A DNA stretch of 64,000 nt from Saccharolobus solfataricus P2 (GCF_000007005.1 NC_002754.1); one strand, 5' to 3'. Positions 53,368 to 63,900 are shown, counted from the first letter of the stretch. Notes: generated by a model not told the origin, from the letters alone. Made by a program: numbers and translations.

Positions 53368-55614
53368 CTAAATTGGGACTAGGGACCATAAACTCACTAT
53401 CACACTACTAAATCCCATCGCAAGTGCAGCATATTCCGGTGGTAACGTTATGAATGGGTAAAATACTCCTGCTGCAATAGGTATTATTGCTGTATTATAG
53501 CCAAAGGCCCATGCCAAATTCTCCTTAATTTTTCTAACTGCCAATTCAGTTTGCTCAAATAACCCTATTATGTCATCTAATGAATTAACCACAACTTTAC
53601 CAGCACTCTTAGCCAAATCAGTACCGCTAGAAATAGCTATACCTATGTCAGCTTCTCTCATAGCGATGGAATCATTTATTCCGTCACCTATAAACATTAC
53701 TTTATTGCCATTTTCCCTTAATTCCTTCACCAACTCCGCTTTATCATCTGGAGTTAACTCCTTACGAACTTCAACACCTAACTCCTTCCCTATTTCATCA
53801 GCATAATTACTACTATCTCCAGTTGCTATTATTATCCTAATTCCCCTTCCTTTCAGATAGCTTATTACCTTTTTGGCATCATCCCTGAGCTTATCCCTTA
53901 TGTTAACTATCCCTCCAGCATTTCCATTAATGCAAATAAAAATATCTCCTTCATCTTCGACATTCCAGTTACAATTGTCCCTCACGAAATCTTTACTCCC
54001 CACAATTACATCGTTACCATTTACTCTAGCATATATTCCTCTTCCAGGAAACTCCTCAAACTGCTCAATCTCTCCCGCTCTTACGTTCATTTTATGGAAT
54101 GCTTTAGCGATAGGATGTATACTTCTACTTTCTGCAATTGCAGCCAAATTTAACGCTCCTTCAATGAACTCCTTCTTACTAACAATTACATATTCACCCT
54201 CAGTTACAGTACCAGTTTTGTCCAAGATTGCAACGTTGATATTTCTCATTTCCTCAAAAATACTACCATCCCTAATTATAATACCTCTTTTTAATGCTCT
54301 CCGAACACTAACTAACATTGCCATAGGCGATGCTAACCCTAGTGCACAAGGACACGCTGCAGCTAATACTGCTACACTGAAAAGTAGAGAAGAATAGAGG
54401 TTATAGTCCAAGACAAATTTCCAAACTAGGAACGTAAGTGCTGAGATGCTAATAACTATAGGCACAAATATTGAGGAAACTTTGTCCACTAGATTTTGGA
54501 TGGAAACTCTTGTATTATAAGCCCCTCTTACACTCTCTGTTACTTGTACAATATAACTTCTATCCCAGTTTCTAGTAACGTATACTTCTAAGTAACCATT
54601 TACTAAAATACCACCAGCTAGGACGTTATCTCCTTTTTTCTTCAGTACTGGCTTCTGCTCTCCAGTAAGTATAGCCTCGTTTACTTCTCCTTCTCCATTC
54701 TCAATTATTCCATCAGCTGGTATTCTCTCTCCCGCCCTAACAATTACTACATCGCCTACTTTTAGTTCATTAGAGTTAACTACTCTTCCGTCTTTCAGAG
54801 TGGCTTTATAAGGTTCTATACGTATCTCTGCACTCATCTTAGCTTTAATATACGCTTCTAGTGTTTTACCCACAAGTATGAAGGTTATTAATAATGAAGC
54901 GTCGGCGTAAAATGTGTTGTGAAGGAAAATACTAGAGAGCCACAATATGTTTGATGCTAAGGAGACTAGTACATCCATATTAGTAGTTTTATTCTTTAAT
55001 GCCCTATACGCACCTTTATGAAATCTTAATCCTGAGTAAAACTGTACTGCTATGGATACCAATATGCCAAAAAAGAATGGAAGTAGATATGTTAAAGGTG
55101 TAAATATTATACCTACTGCCAATCTCCTTAATAAGTCATGGAAATCCTTATAGAGTATACTCTTTTCACTACGTTGTTCATTTACTATTTCCCCCTTAAC
55201 TCCAGCTTCCTTTAATATCTCCTCTGGAGTAGTGGTCTCTGGATTGTACTCTACGCTCACTATTCCTAAACCTGGATTGGACTTTACATCAACTACCCCC
55301 TTAACGTTTTCGAATTTCCTCTCTATTTTAGGCATTTCCTCTGGGTTAACATTCAATTTTATAGTAAACTTCTCTGTTGCAACATCATATCCAGCTTTTC
55401 TCACGGCCTTTACTAATTCCTTTAATCTTACATTACCACTTAGGATTACTTTTGCGCTCCCAGTTGCTAGATTTACTTCGGCATCTTTTACACCACTAAC
55501 TGACTTCAAAGATTTAGAGACAGTTGTTACGCATGTTGCACAATGCATCCCAACTATTCTTAGTTGTTCCTCATTATCTGTAATTCTTAGCTCTTCTTTC
55601 TTCTCAGTGGCCAT
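53368..55614 (-). CDS. copA: Copper-exporting P1B ATPase
   Basis: GMHCATC, LTGE, CPC, DKTGT, GDGIND; ATG 55614 preferred. Confidence 0.95.
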   Translation of the reverse strand: MATEKKEELRITDNEEQLRIVGMHCATCVTTVSKSLKSVSGVKDAEVNLATGSAKVILSGNVRLKELVKAVRKAGYDVATEKFTIKLNVNPEEMPKIERKFENVKGVVDVKSNPGLGIVSVEYNPETTTPEEILKEAGVKGEIVNEQRSEKSILYKDFHDLLRRLAVGIIFTPLTYLLPFFFGILVSIAVQFYSGLRFHKGAYRALKNKTTNMDVLVSLASNILWLSSIFLHNTFYADASLLITFILVGKTLEAYIKAKMSAEIRIEPYKATLKDGRVVNSNELKVGDVVIVRAGERIPADGIIENGEGEVNEAILTGEQKPVLKKKGDNVLAGGILVNGYLEVYVTRNWDRSYIVQVTESVRGAYNTRVSIQNLVDKVSSIFVPIVISISALTFLVWKFVLDYNLYSSLLFSVAVLAAACPCALGLASPMAMLVSVRRALKRGIIIRDGSIFEEMRNINVAILDKTGTVTEGEYVIVSKKEFIEGALNLAAIAESRSIHPIAKAFHKMNVRAGEIEQFEEFPGRGIYARVNGNDVIVGSKDFVRDNCNWNVEDEGDIFICINGNAGGIVNIRDKLRDDAKKVISYLKGRGIRIIIATGDSSNYADEIGKELGVEVRKELTPDDKAELVKELRENGNKVMFIGDGINDSIAMREADIGIAISSGTDLAKSAGKVVVNSLDDIIGLFEQTELAVRKIKENLAWAFGYNTAIIPIAAGVFYPFITLPPEYAALAMGFSSVIVSLWSLVPI

Positions 55615-55774
55615 GTGGCATTCCCTTAGGTCCATTCCTTAAATACTCTTCCGGATTTCTCTGAAACTCCCTTAGACAATGAGATGAGCAGAAATAGTAG
55701 ATTTTTCCCTTATACATTGTCTTATATTGACTTTTCTCATCTACTTCCATTCCACAAACCGGATCGATTATCAT
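55604..55774 (-). CDS. copT: TRASH/YHS copper chaperone, 56 aa (not in ORF track)
   Basis: MIIDPVCGMEVDEKSQYKTMYKGKIYYFCSSHCLREFQRNPEEYLRNGPKGMPHGH*. Confidence 0.92.
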   Translation of the reverse strand: MIIDPVCGMEVDEKSQYKTMYKGKIYYFCSSHCLREFQRNPEEYLRNGPKGMPHGH

Positions 55775-55864
55775 AATACTAATTATTGCTTTTATTATAA
55801 AGAACCTTTTCTTCTGTAAATTTGTATCTATATATTGTTGATTACAGTCAAAATGACTCTAAAA

Positions 55865-56356
55865 CTAATGTAAGTGCAAGCCATTGTTGCGTGCAAATTT
55901 TTCCTTTAATCCAGACAAGCAAGAATTGCAACAAGCATAATACGTTTTCCTTCCTACCTTATAGGTCAAGGGATTATCATATATTTCCTTACCGCAGTAA
56001 TCACATTTAACTACAAAACTGCTCTTGCCTATGAAAACTAAATCCTTTTCTTTTACATTTTTTAACTTATTTTCTAAATCTTCTAAAGTGTTAGCTCTTA
56101 TCATGTTAATAAATCTACCATCCAACAGTTTGTAACACTCGTCACTTTGACAAGATTCAGAAATGGCGAAGGCAATAAATGGCTCATTCTGAAATTTAAT
56201 AGTGAATTTAACCCCTCTTCTTTTAAGGTTCCTCAAAAGTCTTGTGGCAGTGCTCCTACTGATATTAAGCCTTTTTGATAGTTCAGTGACACTTATCCTA
56301 GAATCTTCTCTTAAAATCTCCAGCGCTCTAAACTCTAAATCTGTCAACTTTTCCAT
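55865..56356 (-). CDS. copR: Copper-responsive regulator (Lrp-like HTH plus TRASH)
   Basis: LREDSRISVTELS..L.ISRST; CDYCG...ACCNSC. Confidence 0.92.
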   Translation of the reverse strand: MEKLTDLEFRALEILREDSRISVTELSKRLNISRSTATRLLRNLKRRGVKFTIKFQNEPFIAFAISESCQSDECYKLLDGRFINMIRANTLEDLENKLKNVKEKDLVFIGKSSFVVKCDYCGKEIYDNPLTYKVGRKTYYACCNSCLSGLKEKFARNNGLHLH

Positions 56357-56367
56357 AGAGTTCTTCT

Positions 56368-57027
56368 TTACTTAGGCCGTTTTAAATTTGTTTTTCTCAT
56401 ATTGCCAAGTATAAGGTTAACTACTCTATTATAAATTGTTGTAATTAACTTTTCTAGATTCGTCGCAGTTAAGGCTATTGCTATTCCTAATATCCATCCA
56501 ACTAGTACATCTAAAGGCCAATGAACTCCTACATAAACTCTAGAGTAACTGGTAAGTAGAGCCTCTATAAATAATGGTATCGATATGTAATACGGTAACG
56601 TTAAGAGCACTATCACTGCACCCACAGCCACTATCAGAGCGTGTCCTGAAGGATAGGAATAATCAGTAGGTTCTGGAACTAGTAAATTTATATTATGCAG
56701 TATTAGAAATGGTCTTGGCTGAGCCATTACATATTTTGATACCTCTCCTAGAATTATAGCTATTATAAATCCGCCAACTAGTAGTAATGAACTTCTCCTA
56801 AACTTCCCACCCATAATGAATAAAATTGCAGTTACTGGTATCCAAATATACTCTCTGCCGTATTTGCTAAAAAATATCATGATAGGATTTAGTGCTGGAA
56901 GTTGTGAGTGATTGATTAAATAAAAGAAATATACGTTTCCAAGAAAATTAACTTCTCCTATAATTTTAACTACTATAGATATAATAATATATAATGCATA
57001 AATTATCGCTATATACTTCCATTTCAT
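56368..57027 (-). CDS. PAP2-family membrane phosphatase
   Basis: K...QPRP, SYPSGH, SRVYVGVHW. Confidence 0.92.
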   Translation of the reverse strand: MKWKYIAIIYALYIIISIVVKIIGEVNFLGNVYFFYLINHSQLPALNPIMIFFSKYGREYIWIPVTAILFIMGGKFRRSSLLLVGGFIIAIILGEVSKYVMAQPRPFLILHNINLLVPEPTDYSYPSGHALIVAVGAVIVLLTLPYYISIPLFIEALLTSYSRVYVGVHWPLDVLVGWILGIAIALTATNLEKLITTIYNRVVNLILGNMRKTNLKRPK

Positions 57028-57242
57028 ACCTAACAGTCAATCATAGAATTATTTAGTATATATAGTTAATCCAAAAGCGCGTTTTCAATGTTGTATATTT
57101 TTATATATTTCTGTTAAATCTATTTAACAAATATTCGGAAGTTATTTAACAATAACGACAGATGCGCCGCAATACAGATTATAATCTTTTACTTTAACTT
57201 CGATTACAAGCAAAAAGAAAATTTTAAAAATTTATAAACCTT

Positions 57243-57437
57243 TCATATCTTGTTTATCCCTTTAAAGAGTATTACGAATATAACGCTCGCTAAGATCATG
57301 TATAATGTTGCCATTATTACACTTGTAGGGTCAACTCCTATGTTTCGTGCTGAAATAAAGTTAAGAGGTAGGGAAAGTACTATAAAAAATAAAGCCATCA
57401 TTCCAGCTATAATTCCAGCCATAGTATATCTTTTCAT
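57243..57437 (-). CDS. Small 2-TM protein at the end of the sox operon
   Basis: 64 aa; ATG directly follows the soxD TAA. Confidence 0.7.
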   Translation of the reverse strand: MKRYTMAGIIAGMMALFFIVLSLPLNFISARNIGVDPTSVIMATLYMILASVIFVILFKGINKI

Positions 57438-57560
57438 TTACCTCACCAGCATGGCAATGATTTTAACAGAGTCCCATAGCAAATTATATGCCATAAACCC
57501 AGCCATGAACGCTGTAGCTCCGAATATTAGAGCCAAAATTGCAATACCTAACTTATTCAT
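57438..57560 (-). CDS. soxD: Small oxidase subunit SoxD-like, 40 aa (not in ORF track)
   Basis: MNKLGIAILALIFGATAFMAGFMAYNLLWDSVKIIAMLVR*; GGGGTGGG SD-like upstream; follows soxC. Confidence 0.7.
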   Translation of the reverse strand: MNKLGIAILALIFGATAFMAGFMAYNLLWDSVKIIAMLVR

Positions 57561-57573
57561 TTATCCCACCCCA

Positions 57574-59247
57574 CTATTTAACATAAATTTCATAATGATA
57601 AAGTTGAACTGCTATCCCCCATAGCATTAAGATTACGCCTAGGTCCATTCCAGCATACGTTGACTGCGGTCCTATACTCGGTAAGGTCCACATTAGGCCC
57701 AATAATAATAAGGAAACAATGAAAATTATTATAATTCCATAAAATGCGGCTTTCTTGCTCCAACTGGTCGCTATATTGTTACCTATAGCGGCTACTGGTT
57801 TTCTCCCAAGTATAAAAGCGGCGACTCTTCTTAACATGTATATTGTAAGTAATATAACTGGTATTAAAATGATTCCATTCACGACAGTAGGAAATTCTAA
57901 GAAGTTTACAAATGTTCCTGCCAAGGATAAGGAGGATACACTAGCTAACAGTATTTCCATAGGAGTAATGTTCATTTTAATTACTTTAGTCTCAGATTTT
58001 GAAACTGGGGTATTACCTTGTTTTACTGGCCATAAGTATACAATTATCCCTATAATAACTAACGGTAAACCTAAGTATTCTATCTCTTGTGAGAATGGAA
58101 CTGGAACACCAGGTTCCAAGTATCCCCATACTGATAGTTCTATGAGATATATCGCCAAAGTAGAAACTATCCAAGTCCAGAACTTTCTTTTAGTAACACG
58201 TAAATCGTCACTGGGATCCAAGAAGGGAAGGAATATTAGAATTAGAAGACCTATAATGAGAACTGCTAAAACCAATATTGGAGTTATTGGCATTCCATTA
58301 GGTAGAAGGAAGTCAACAAACTTGTAGAGGAATAAGAAGAACCATGGGGGATATGGTTGTACACTGGTAGACTCTGGTGATCCCGCTTGTGGGGCCGGGT
58401 AAGGATTTATAACTATTGGTAATCCATTGATATTTGCTAGTAAGTTAGGAACAAATAGTATTATACCCCATGTTAATAATACGATTGATAACATATAAAC
58501 AAAGTTTCTAGGCCACCATTCATTAAATCTCTGCTGTTCTTCTTTCGTGTAGTATGCGGGGACTTTAGGTTTATCCCTAGCTGAGGGTGTCATTCCATAT
58601 CTCTCCGCTAACATGAAGTGAAATAGGAATAGAACTCCCAGTAGAAATACCAACAATATATGCCATCCTAACAATCTATCAAATAATTCGGATCTCACTA
58701 ATGGATCTGATGATAATGCAGCACTTCCTCCAGGACCAAATAACCAACCTACTATGGTTGTTGCGCCAGGTATACCAGTACCAACTAATAACTGATCTCC
58801 AATATCTATCGCATTGACTCCAAGAACATCACTGACTAAGCTATATCCGAAGAATGATGCCCCTAGTGTTAACAATAATAGAATCACTCCAGTTATCCAT
58901 TGTAATTCTCTTGGTTTTTTATAAGCCCCCTTATAGAAGTTTCTGAACATGTGTATATATGCCAAGATAATCATAATGTATGCTCCATATAAGTGACTAA
59001 ATAATAAGACTGGGCCATACGGAACGCTGGAAATTATACTTTGTGTTGACTGGTACGCGTAGGCTGGTTGATAATACATTAAGAGGAATAGACCAGTTAT
59101 AACAGTATATATGAAAGCCGCAGCTACCATTGCACCTAGCCAATAGGATATATTATACATGTAATCCGGTGTCTTAAATAATGGCGCTTCAGTTACACCT
59201 ACTCTATCAATTATCGTATCTATAATACCTTTTTTTTCCTCACCCAT
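57574..59247 (-). CDS. soxC: Cytochrome b-like subunit of the SoxABCD complex
   Basis: SHLYGA, YIHMFR, ELQWITG, GWHILL, PPWFFL. Confidence 0.9.
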   Translation of the reverse strand: MGEEKKGIIDTIIDRVGVTEAPLFKTPDYMYNISYWLGAMVAAAFIYTVITGLFLLMYYQPAYAYQSTQSIISSVPYGPVLLFSHLYGAYIMIILAYIHMFRNFYKGAYKKPRELQWITGVILLLLTLGASFFGYSLVSDVLGVNAIDIGDQLLVGTGIPGATTIVGWLFGPGGSAALSSDPLVRSELFDRLLGWHILLVFLLGVLFLFHFMLAERYGMTPSARDKPKVPAYYTKEEQQRFNEWWPRNFVYMLSIVLLTWGIILFVPNLLANINGLPIVINPYPAPQAGSPESTSVQPYPPWFFLFLYKFVDFLLPNGMPITPILVLAVLIIGLLILIFLPFLDPSDDLRVTKRKFWTWIVSTLAIYLIELSVWGYLEPGVPVPFSQEIEYLGLPLVIIGIIVYLWPVKQGNTPVSKSETKVIKMNITPMEILLASVSSLSLAGTFVNFLEFPTVVNGIILIPVILLTIYMLRRVAAFILGRKPVAAIGNNIATSWSKKAAFYGIIIIFIVSLLLLGLMWTLPSIGPQSTYAGMDLGVILMLWGIAVQLYHYEIYVK

Positions 59248-60775
59248 TGTTTTTCACCCCATCTTTAGCCATTACGGGTAAATTAGAGGGAGAAGTTGAG
59301 GGAGAAGGAGATGAAAAAATACCTTGTTTAGAAGCATAAGCCAATGCATCGACAATTGCCACAAAGATTGTGACTAATAGTCCCGGAATCCCTATTTCAG
59401 CTAGCATTGATTCCAATAGGTTATAGGGTTGAAATACTGATGGATACGCTATCATTCTTCTCAGCATTCCTAGATAACCAATTACTGACATCGTATATCC
59501 TACACCTAAAAATGGTGCAGTCCACCATATCATCCCAATTCTCATCCATTTAGAGGCTTGCTCGCTAAAGTTGAACCCACCAAATGTGCTTTTTAGCATA
59601 TCCAAAAATACTGTAGTGAAGCCCATTACTATTAAAGTCCATATCATTAAGTGGAAATGTCCTACTACATAATAGGTATTGTGGAATAGTGGATTTATTG
59701 AATTCTCTGGTAAAACGAGTGCTTGAACACCAGCTAATATGAATCCTACTAATGCAATTAGTCCTCCCATTCCTACTGGATCTTTCCAATTATATTTTTG
59801 AGAAAGAAGTATTGTGAGTCCCAAATTCAATACGGTAAGACCAGATCCCGAGGCTAAAATTAATGTGGATAAGTTTACCCATATTCTCAAGTCTATTGGT
59901 AATGGCCATGTTTGTAGGTGGTGAACCCATATAAGCATTGAGCCTATTGATAGCAAGTATATATTCCATCTAGCCCACTTTTCACTGAAGAGAGATCTTC
60001 CAGCATATTTCGGAATATAGTAGTATAATGCACCAAATAACGGGAATGGAACGTAATATACTACTGGATGCCCATAGAACCAAAATAGCAATGCCCACAG
60101 TAATGGGTTCACTGGAACTCCTGCAAAGAAATACAGTGTGTACCAAAGCGTTGATGCAGCAAGAGCGGGAAGCGTTATTGCAATAACTATTGCAAAGGCT
60201 ACTCCATAAGCTCCAAAAATGTTTAGTCTTTCATTTTTTGGCTTTGTTGCATATGCATCTGCAATAAGTATTATGAACATTGCAGTCTGTAGTATGAAAG
60301 CTAAGGTTAAGGATAGATATGCCATCCCCATTAGAGCTGGTGTAGTATAGAATAGAAAAGCGTGGAAGTTACTACCAGACTCTATCGCCAATGGAGGGTA
60401 CATATACCAACCCATATCTGGTGATCCAGCTAGTCCAATCGCTAAGAAGATATTAGACAACCAGAAGAAAATTGCCATTAACTTAGTGTGAACTATAGAT
60501 AAGTTACTCTTATACATTGCAAATGCTATAACAGCAGCTGCAGCTAAAGGTACAAATCCGAACATACCAGCCCAGCCGTGAATGGTTAATGCACTGTAGT
60601 ATAGTTCTCCCACGTTGGGGGAATTACTATTATATGTCAAGTACGTTCTCAGATTCATGGCTGCTATTCCCAGAACTCCTAGCCAGAATATAGAACCTAT
60701 AGTGTAAAGCCAAACTACGTTTAACGTATTTTTAGGGATAACAGTATCCTTTATCTGATTTAAAAGTTGGCTCAT
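59240..60775 (-). CDS. soxB: Heme-copper oxidase subunit I
   Basis: TIHGW, GWYMYPPL, WFYGHPVVY, WVHH, GHFH. Confidence 0.95.
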   Translation of the reverse strand: MSQLLNQIKDTVIPKNTLNVVWLYTIGSIFWLGVLGIAAMNLRTYLTYNSNSPNVGELYYSALTIHGWAGMFGFVPLAAAAVIAFAMYKSNLSIVHTKLMAIFFWLSNIFLAIGLAGSPDMGWYMYPPLAIESGSNFHAFLFYTTPALMGMAYLSLTLAFILQTAMFIILIADAYATKPKNERLNIFGAYGVAFAIVIAITLPALAASTLWYTLYFFAGVPVNPLLWALLFWFYGHPVVYYVPFPLFGALYYYIPKYAGRSLFSEKWARWNIYLLSIGSMLIWVHHLQTWPLPIDLRIWVNLSTLILASGSGLTVLNLGLTILLSQKYNWKDPVGMGGLIALVGFILAGVQALVLPENSINPLFHNTYYVVGHFHLMIWTLIVMGFTTVFLDMLKSTFGGFNFSEQASKWMRIGMIWWTAPFLGVGYTMSVIGYLGMLRRMIAYPSVFQPYNLLESMLAEIGIPGLLVTIFVAIVDALAYASKQGIFSSPSPSTSPSNLPVMAKDGVKNNG

Positions 60776-61281
60776 GATACCACCTCCAAAGTTCCAGTCA
60801 TGTATGATGAAGAGTAGCCATCATATTCCGCATTATACCATGTGTAATTCCCTGGCTGATTGGGAGTTACGAAATAAACGTAACTTGTAATTCCAGGCAC
60901 ATTATTAACGTTAATTAATCCATTTGGAAGTCTTAGGTAGAATCCAGTATCTACTTGAGGGGAATTTATTATTAATACTACTGGTTCACTTACATTAGCT
61001 ATGATAACGTTGGGAATCCATCTGTATTGCACTGCAGTGAGATTTACTACTAGTGTACCGTTTATAACTTCAGAGTACTCACCAGAAGGTGGTGGGTGAG
61101 CTTCGAAATACTTTACTATTTCTTGAGCTTGTGGAGGTAATCCTGAAAACTCTGGTAAACCGTATCTTAAACTAAAGCTCTTTCCAGTCAAAATGTAATA
61201 GACATTCCAACTGAAGAATGTTGCAACCAAGATCAACATAATTATAAACCACACTTCTTCAGCGTGTTCCTTAATATCCAT
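60772..61281 (-). CDS. soxA: Quinol oxidase subunit II lacking CuA
   Basis: One TM plus cupredoxin; NAEYDGYSSSYM replaces C-x-E-x-C-G-x-x-H-x-x-M. Confidence 0.88.
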   Translation of the reverse strand: MDIKEHAEEVWFIIMLILVATFFSWNVYYILTGKSFSLRYGLPEFSGLPPQAQEIVKYFEAHPPPSGEYSEVINGTLVVNLTAVQYRWIPNVIIANVSEPVVLIINSPQVDTGFYLRLPNGLINVNNVPGITSYVYFVTPNQPGNYTWYNAEYDGYSSSYMTGTLEVVS

Positions 61282-61631
61282 ACTTTACACCTAATTCTTT
61301 TTTAGAGTATTGAGGCTTATAAATCTTTATTTGAAATCTTTCGAAGATTTAATAACTTAAACTCTGTTAAAGTTGAGTTAATTAAAACTAGAATTACATA
61401 ACATAATATACTATAAGAAAAATTGTAGGTATTCGCATTCACTATTAATCGGAAACTGGTTTACTAACTCAATATTTTTACCTAAATATAAATATATATG
61501 TTATTTACTTTATCATATAATTTCTAACACGTAAAGGTTAGTGCTTATTTTTACTTATTTATTTAGTTAATTTCATTGCATAATAAATTACCTCGTAAAA
61601 GAGGGAGTGTTCTCATGTAGTCATCTTATTC

Positions 61632-61945
61632 GATAATTAGTAGTAAAATTCTATCAAGTTTTCTCTAATATACTGTACTCCCTTCAAGTATGCCTCGTTT
61701 AAGGGAGTTCTCCCCCTTGAGAAGATATGAGGATATATTACATTCAACAAGGCCAAACTGTATTCCGTCATCCTCATACTCCTAGTAACAGCTTTAGTAT
61801 CCCTAGCCAGCCTCGCCAAATGAGACCTACACCAAGAATTATGACTCTCCACAAGATAAGTATACTTCTTACCCACTACACGATTATCGAGAACTTGATA
61901 AACACAGTAATAATCAGTATAGTTGACCTTACTCCTTGTGAATCT
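61632..61945 (-). mobile_element. IS1-family transposase 3' fragment with one terminal IR
   Basis: YTDYYCVY..VGKKYT..VESHNS..RSHLARLAR InsB-like C-terminus; the 5' part is missing; GATAATTAGTAG at 61632 resembles an IS1-type end; upstream boundary approximate. Confidence 0.75.
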
Positions 61946-62080
61946 TGATATTATATGGAAACGAAGATAATAACAATTCAATTTGTAAATATTCAATATG
62001 CTAACAAAGCAGTTTGCAATGTAAAATTTTAATATAAAAATTTTTAAGGTATAGCTCACATTCTAAACTAGGTAATTAGT

Positions 62081-63055
62081 ATGGCTAGGGGAATACCAAT
62101 TATCAAGCGTGATGACCTTATATTTGCTATTAAACTCTTAAGAAGGATGAGAGATCCAAAAACTAGGTTTGATGAGAAAGAATTTATGAAAAGTGGAAGA
62201 GATTATTTGTACAACTACGCTGAGAAAAATGTAGGTCCCCTTGATCCTAGCAGAAGAGCTTTCCTAAAAGGTATACTCATAGGTATAGGAGCCGCAGCAG
62301 TATTAAGTGCAATTCCAGTCATTTCATATCTCAATCAACCAGAAATAAGTTTGAAACAATTTCCTTGGGTAATTATAGTCGACTCCAGTGGCAATCCAAT
62401 TAAAGCTTCACAAATTCCCGTGAATGACCCAGAGATATTATTGTTCGAATATCCAATGCAAGGCGATATAACCTTCATCTTAAACTTAGGTGATGAGAAC
62501 GATAATCCTATAAAAGTTCCTCCGACTACTGTTGTTATTCCGGAAAATGGTAAGACTTATACTTTTCCTGGTGGGGTTGGACCCAATAACTCAATAGTAG
62601 CTTTTTCAGCAATTTGCCAACATTTAGGTTGTACTCCACCTGAAATACACTTCTATCCTCCTAAGTATATGAAAGTTGGTTTGCCTACTCCCAATTTTTT
62701 ACCACAAGTTGCACTTCAAGCAGCCCAACAAGCCAATGCCCCTGGAGTTATACACTGTGACTGTCACGGATCTACTTATGATCCTTATCATGGTGCCTCA
62801 GTCCTTACTGGACCCACAGTTAGACCGTTACCGTACGTACAGTTGTATTGGGATTCTAATACTGATTACTTGTACGCAATAGGTATGAACTTAAATGCTC
62901 CCACGATATTAGGACGTACTAACGATCTTTCAGGGTATGCGTATCTATCTTCATATGATGAATCAACTGGCTGTCCAAAAATGCTATTACAATCTGGTCA
63001 AACACCTAGTAATTGCTACACTGAGCTTGAGAGCGCTGGAAACACCTACCAATGA
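62081..63055 (+). CDS. soxL: Rieske iron-sulfur protein
   Basis: Tat-like SRRAFLK, CQHLGC and CDCHGSTY separated by a long insert, GPTVRPL. Confidence 0.92.
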   Translation: MARGIPIIKRDDLIFAIKLLRRMRDPKTRFDEKEFMKSGRDYLYNYAEKNVGPLDPSRRAFLKGILIGIGAAAVLSAIPVISYLNQPEISLKQFPWVIIVDSSGNPIKASQIPVNDPEILLFEYPMQGDITFILNLGDENDNPIKVPPTTVVIPENGKTYTFPGGVGPNNSIVAFSAICQHLGCTPPEIHFYPPKYMKVGLPTPNFLPQVALQAAQQANAPGVIHCDCHGSTYDPYHGASVLTGPTVRPLPYVQLYWDSNTDYLYAIGMNLNAPTILGRTNDLSGYAYLSSYDESTGCPKMLLQSGQTPSNCYTELESAGNTYQ

Positions 63056-63080
63056 GGTGACAAGTTTGGGAGCTATAGAA

Positions 63081-63497
63081 ATGATGTATGAGAAATATAT
63101 CCAGATGAGCAAGATGATGTCTAGAATGAACTATATGCCGGCTATCGCTGCTGGTGAGATAACAATATTACTAATCCTTTACGCTGGGGGTATGCTACTT
63201 GCTGTGTATAATCTTTCTCTTCAAGGAGTGCCTTTAATAATGCACTTATACGGTGCAATTCTCGTTGCGATATTAAGTGTAGGTTTACTTGCTTCGGCAG
63301 TAAGTTATAAGGATAAGGGCGCAATTATGCTCTCATTTTTAAATGTTCTCTCGGTTCTTTTAGCAGCCTTTGCTGGGTCGTTTTATTTTGGAGGTGTAAT
63401 AGACGTGAGCTATTTGCTCGAAATGGGAATGGGTTTTGTATTTGCACTTATAACCGCTTCTGGCTGTTTAGTATATAGTATTAGAAGAGGTGAGTAG
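63081..63497 (+). CDS. 4-TM membrane protein
   Basis: Four hydrophobic helices; start uncertain (the track ATG 62937 overlaps soxL). Confidence 0.7.
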   Translation: MMYEKYIQMSKMMSRMNYMPAIAAGEITILLILYAGGMLLAVYNLSLQGVPLIMHLYGAILVAILSVGLLASAVSYKDKGAIMLSFLNVLSVLLAAFAGSFYFGGVIDVSYLLEMGMGFVFALITASGCLVYSIRRGE

Positions 63498-63900
63498 ATT
63501 GGCAGTTTCACAATCTAGAATAAGACCAAGTAGGTTGATGTTATATATATCACTAACTGAAACTATACTTTTAGCTGGATTATTTTATGCAGGATTAGCC
63601 ACACTATTTTACGATAAATTCCCACTAAATGCCTACTCGGAAGCTTTGATATTATCAAGTCATATAACACTTGCCATGCTTGTAGGGTTTTTTGGGTCTG
63701 CTATGCTTGCTCAGTCTGTTAGAGAAGGTATAAGATCAGTATATCTATTTTCTTTACTAAATTTATTGTTTATAGGCATAGCAGCTGCCGGTGGATTAGC
63801 TTTTTATGGCTTGTTAATTCCAGACTATGCATACTTAATGGCACTAGGGTTCTTCGGCTCCCTATTTTGTACATCGTCGGTTTTATTTTACGCAATTTAA
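63490..63900 (+). CDS. 4-TM membrane protein, paralog of 63081-63497
   Basis: Aligned E(TM1), H(TM2), LN.L..AA..G(TM3), M..GF(TM4); GTG start overlaps the upstream gene. Confidence 0.72.
   Translation: MSRLAVSQSRIRPSRLMLYISLTETILLAGLFYAGLATLFYDKFPLNAYSEALILSSHITLAMLVGFFGSAMLAQSVREGIRSVYLFSLLNLLFIGIAAAGGLAFYGLLIPDYAYLMALGFFGSLFCTSSVLFYAI

Noticed and set aside
60772-61281. Loss of CuA ligands in subunit II as a novelty
   Set aside because: Known property of the SoxA quinol-oxidase subunit
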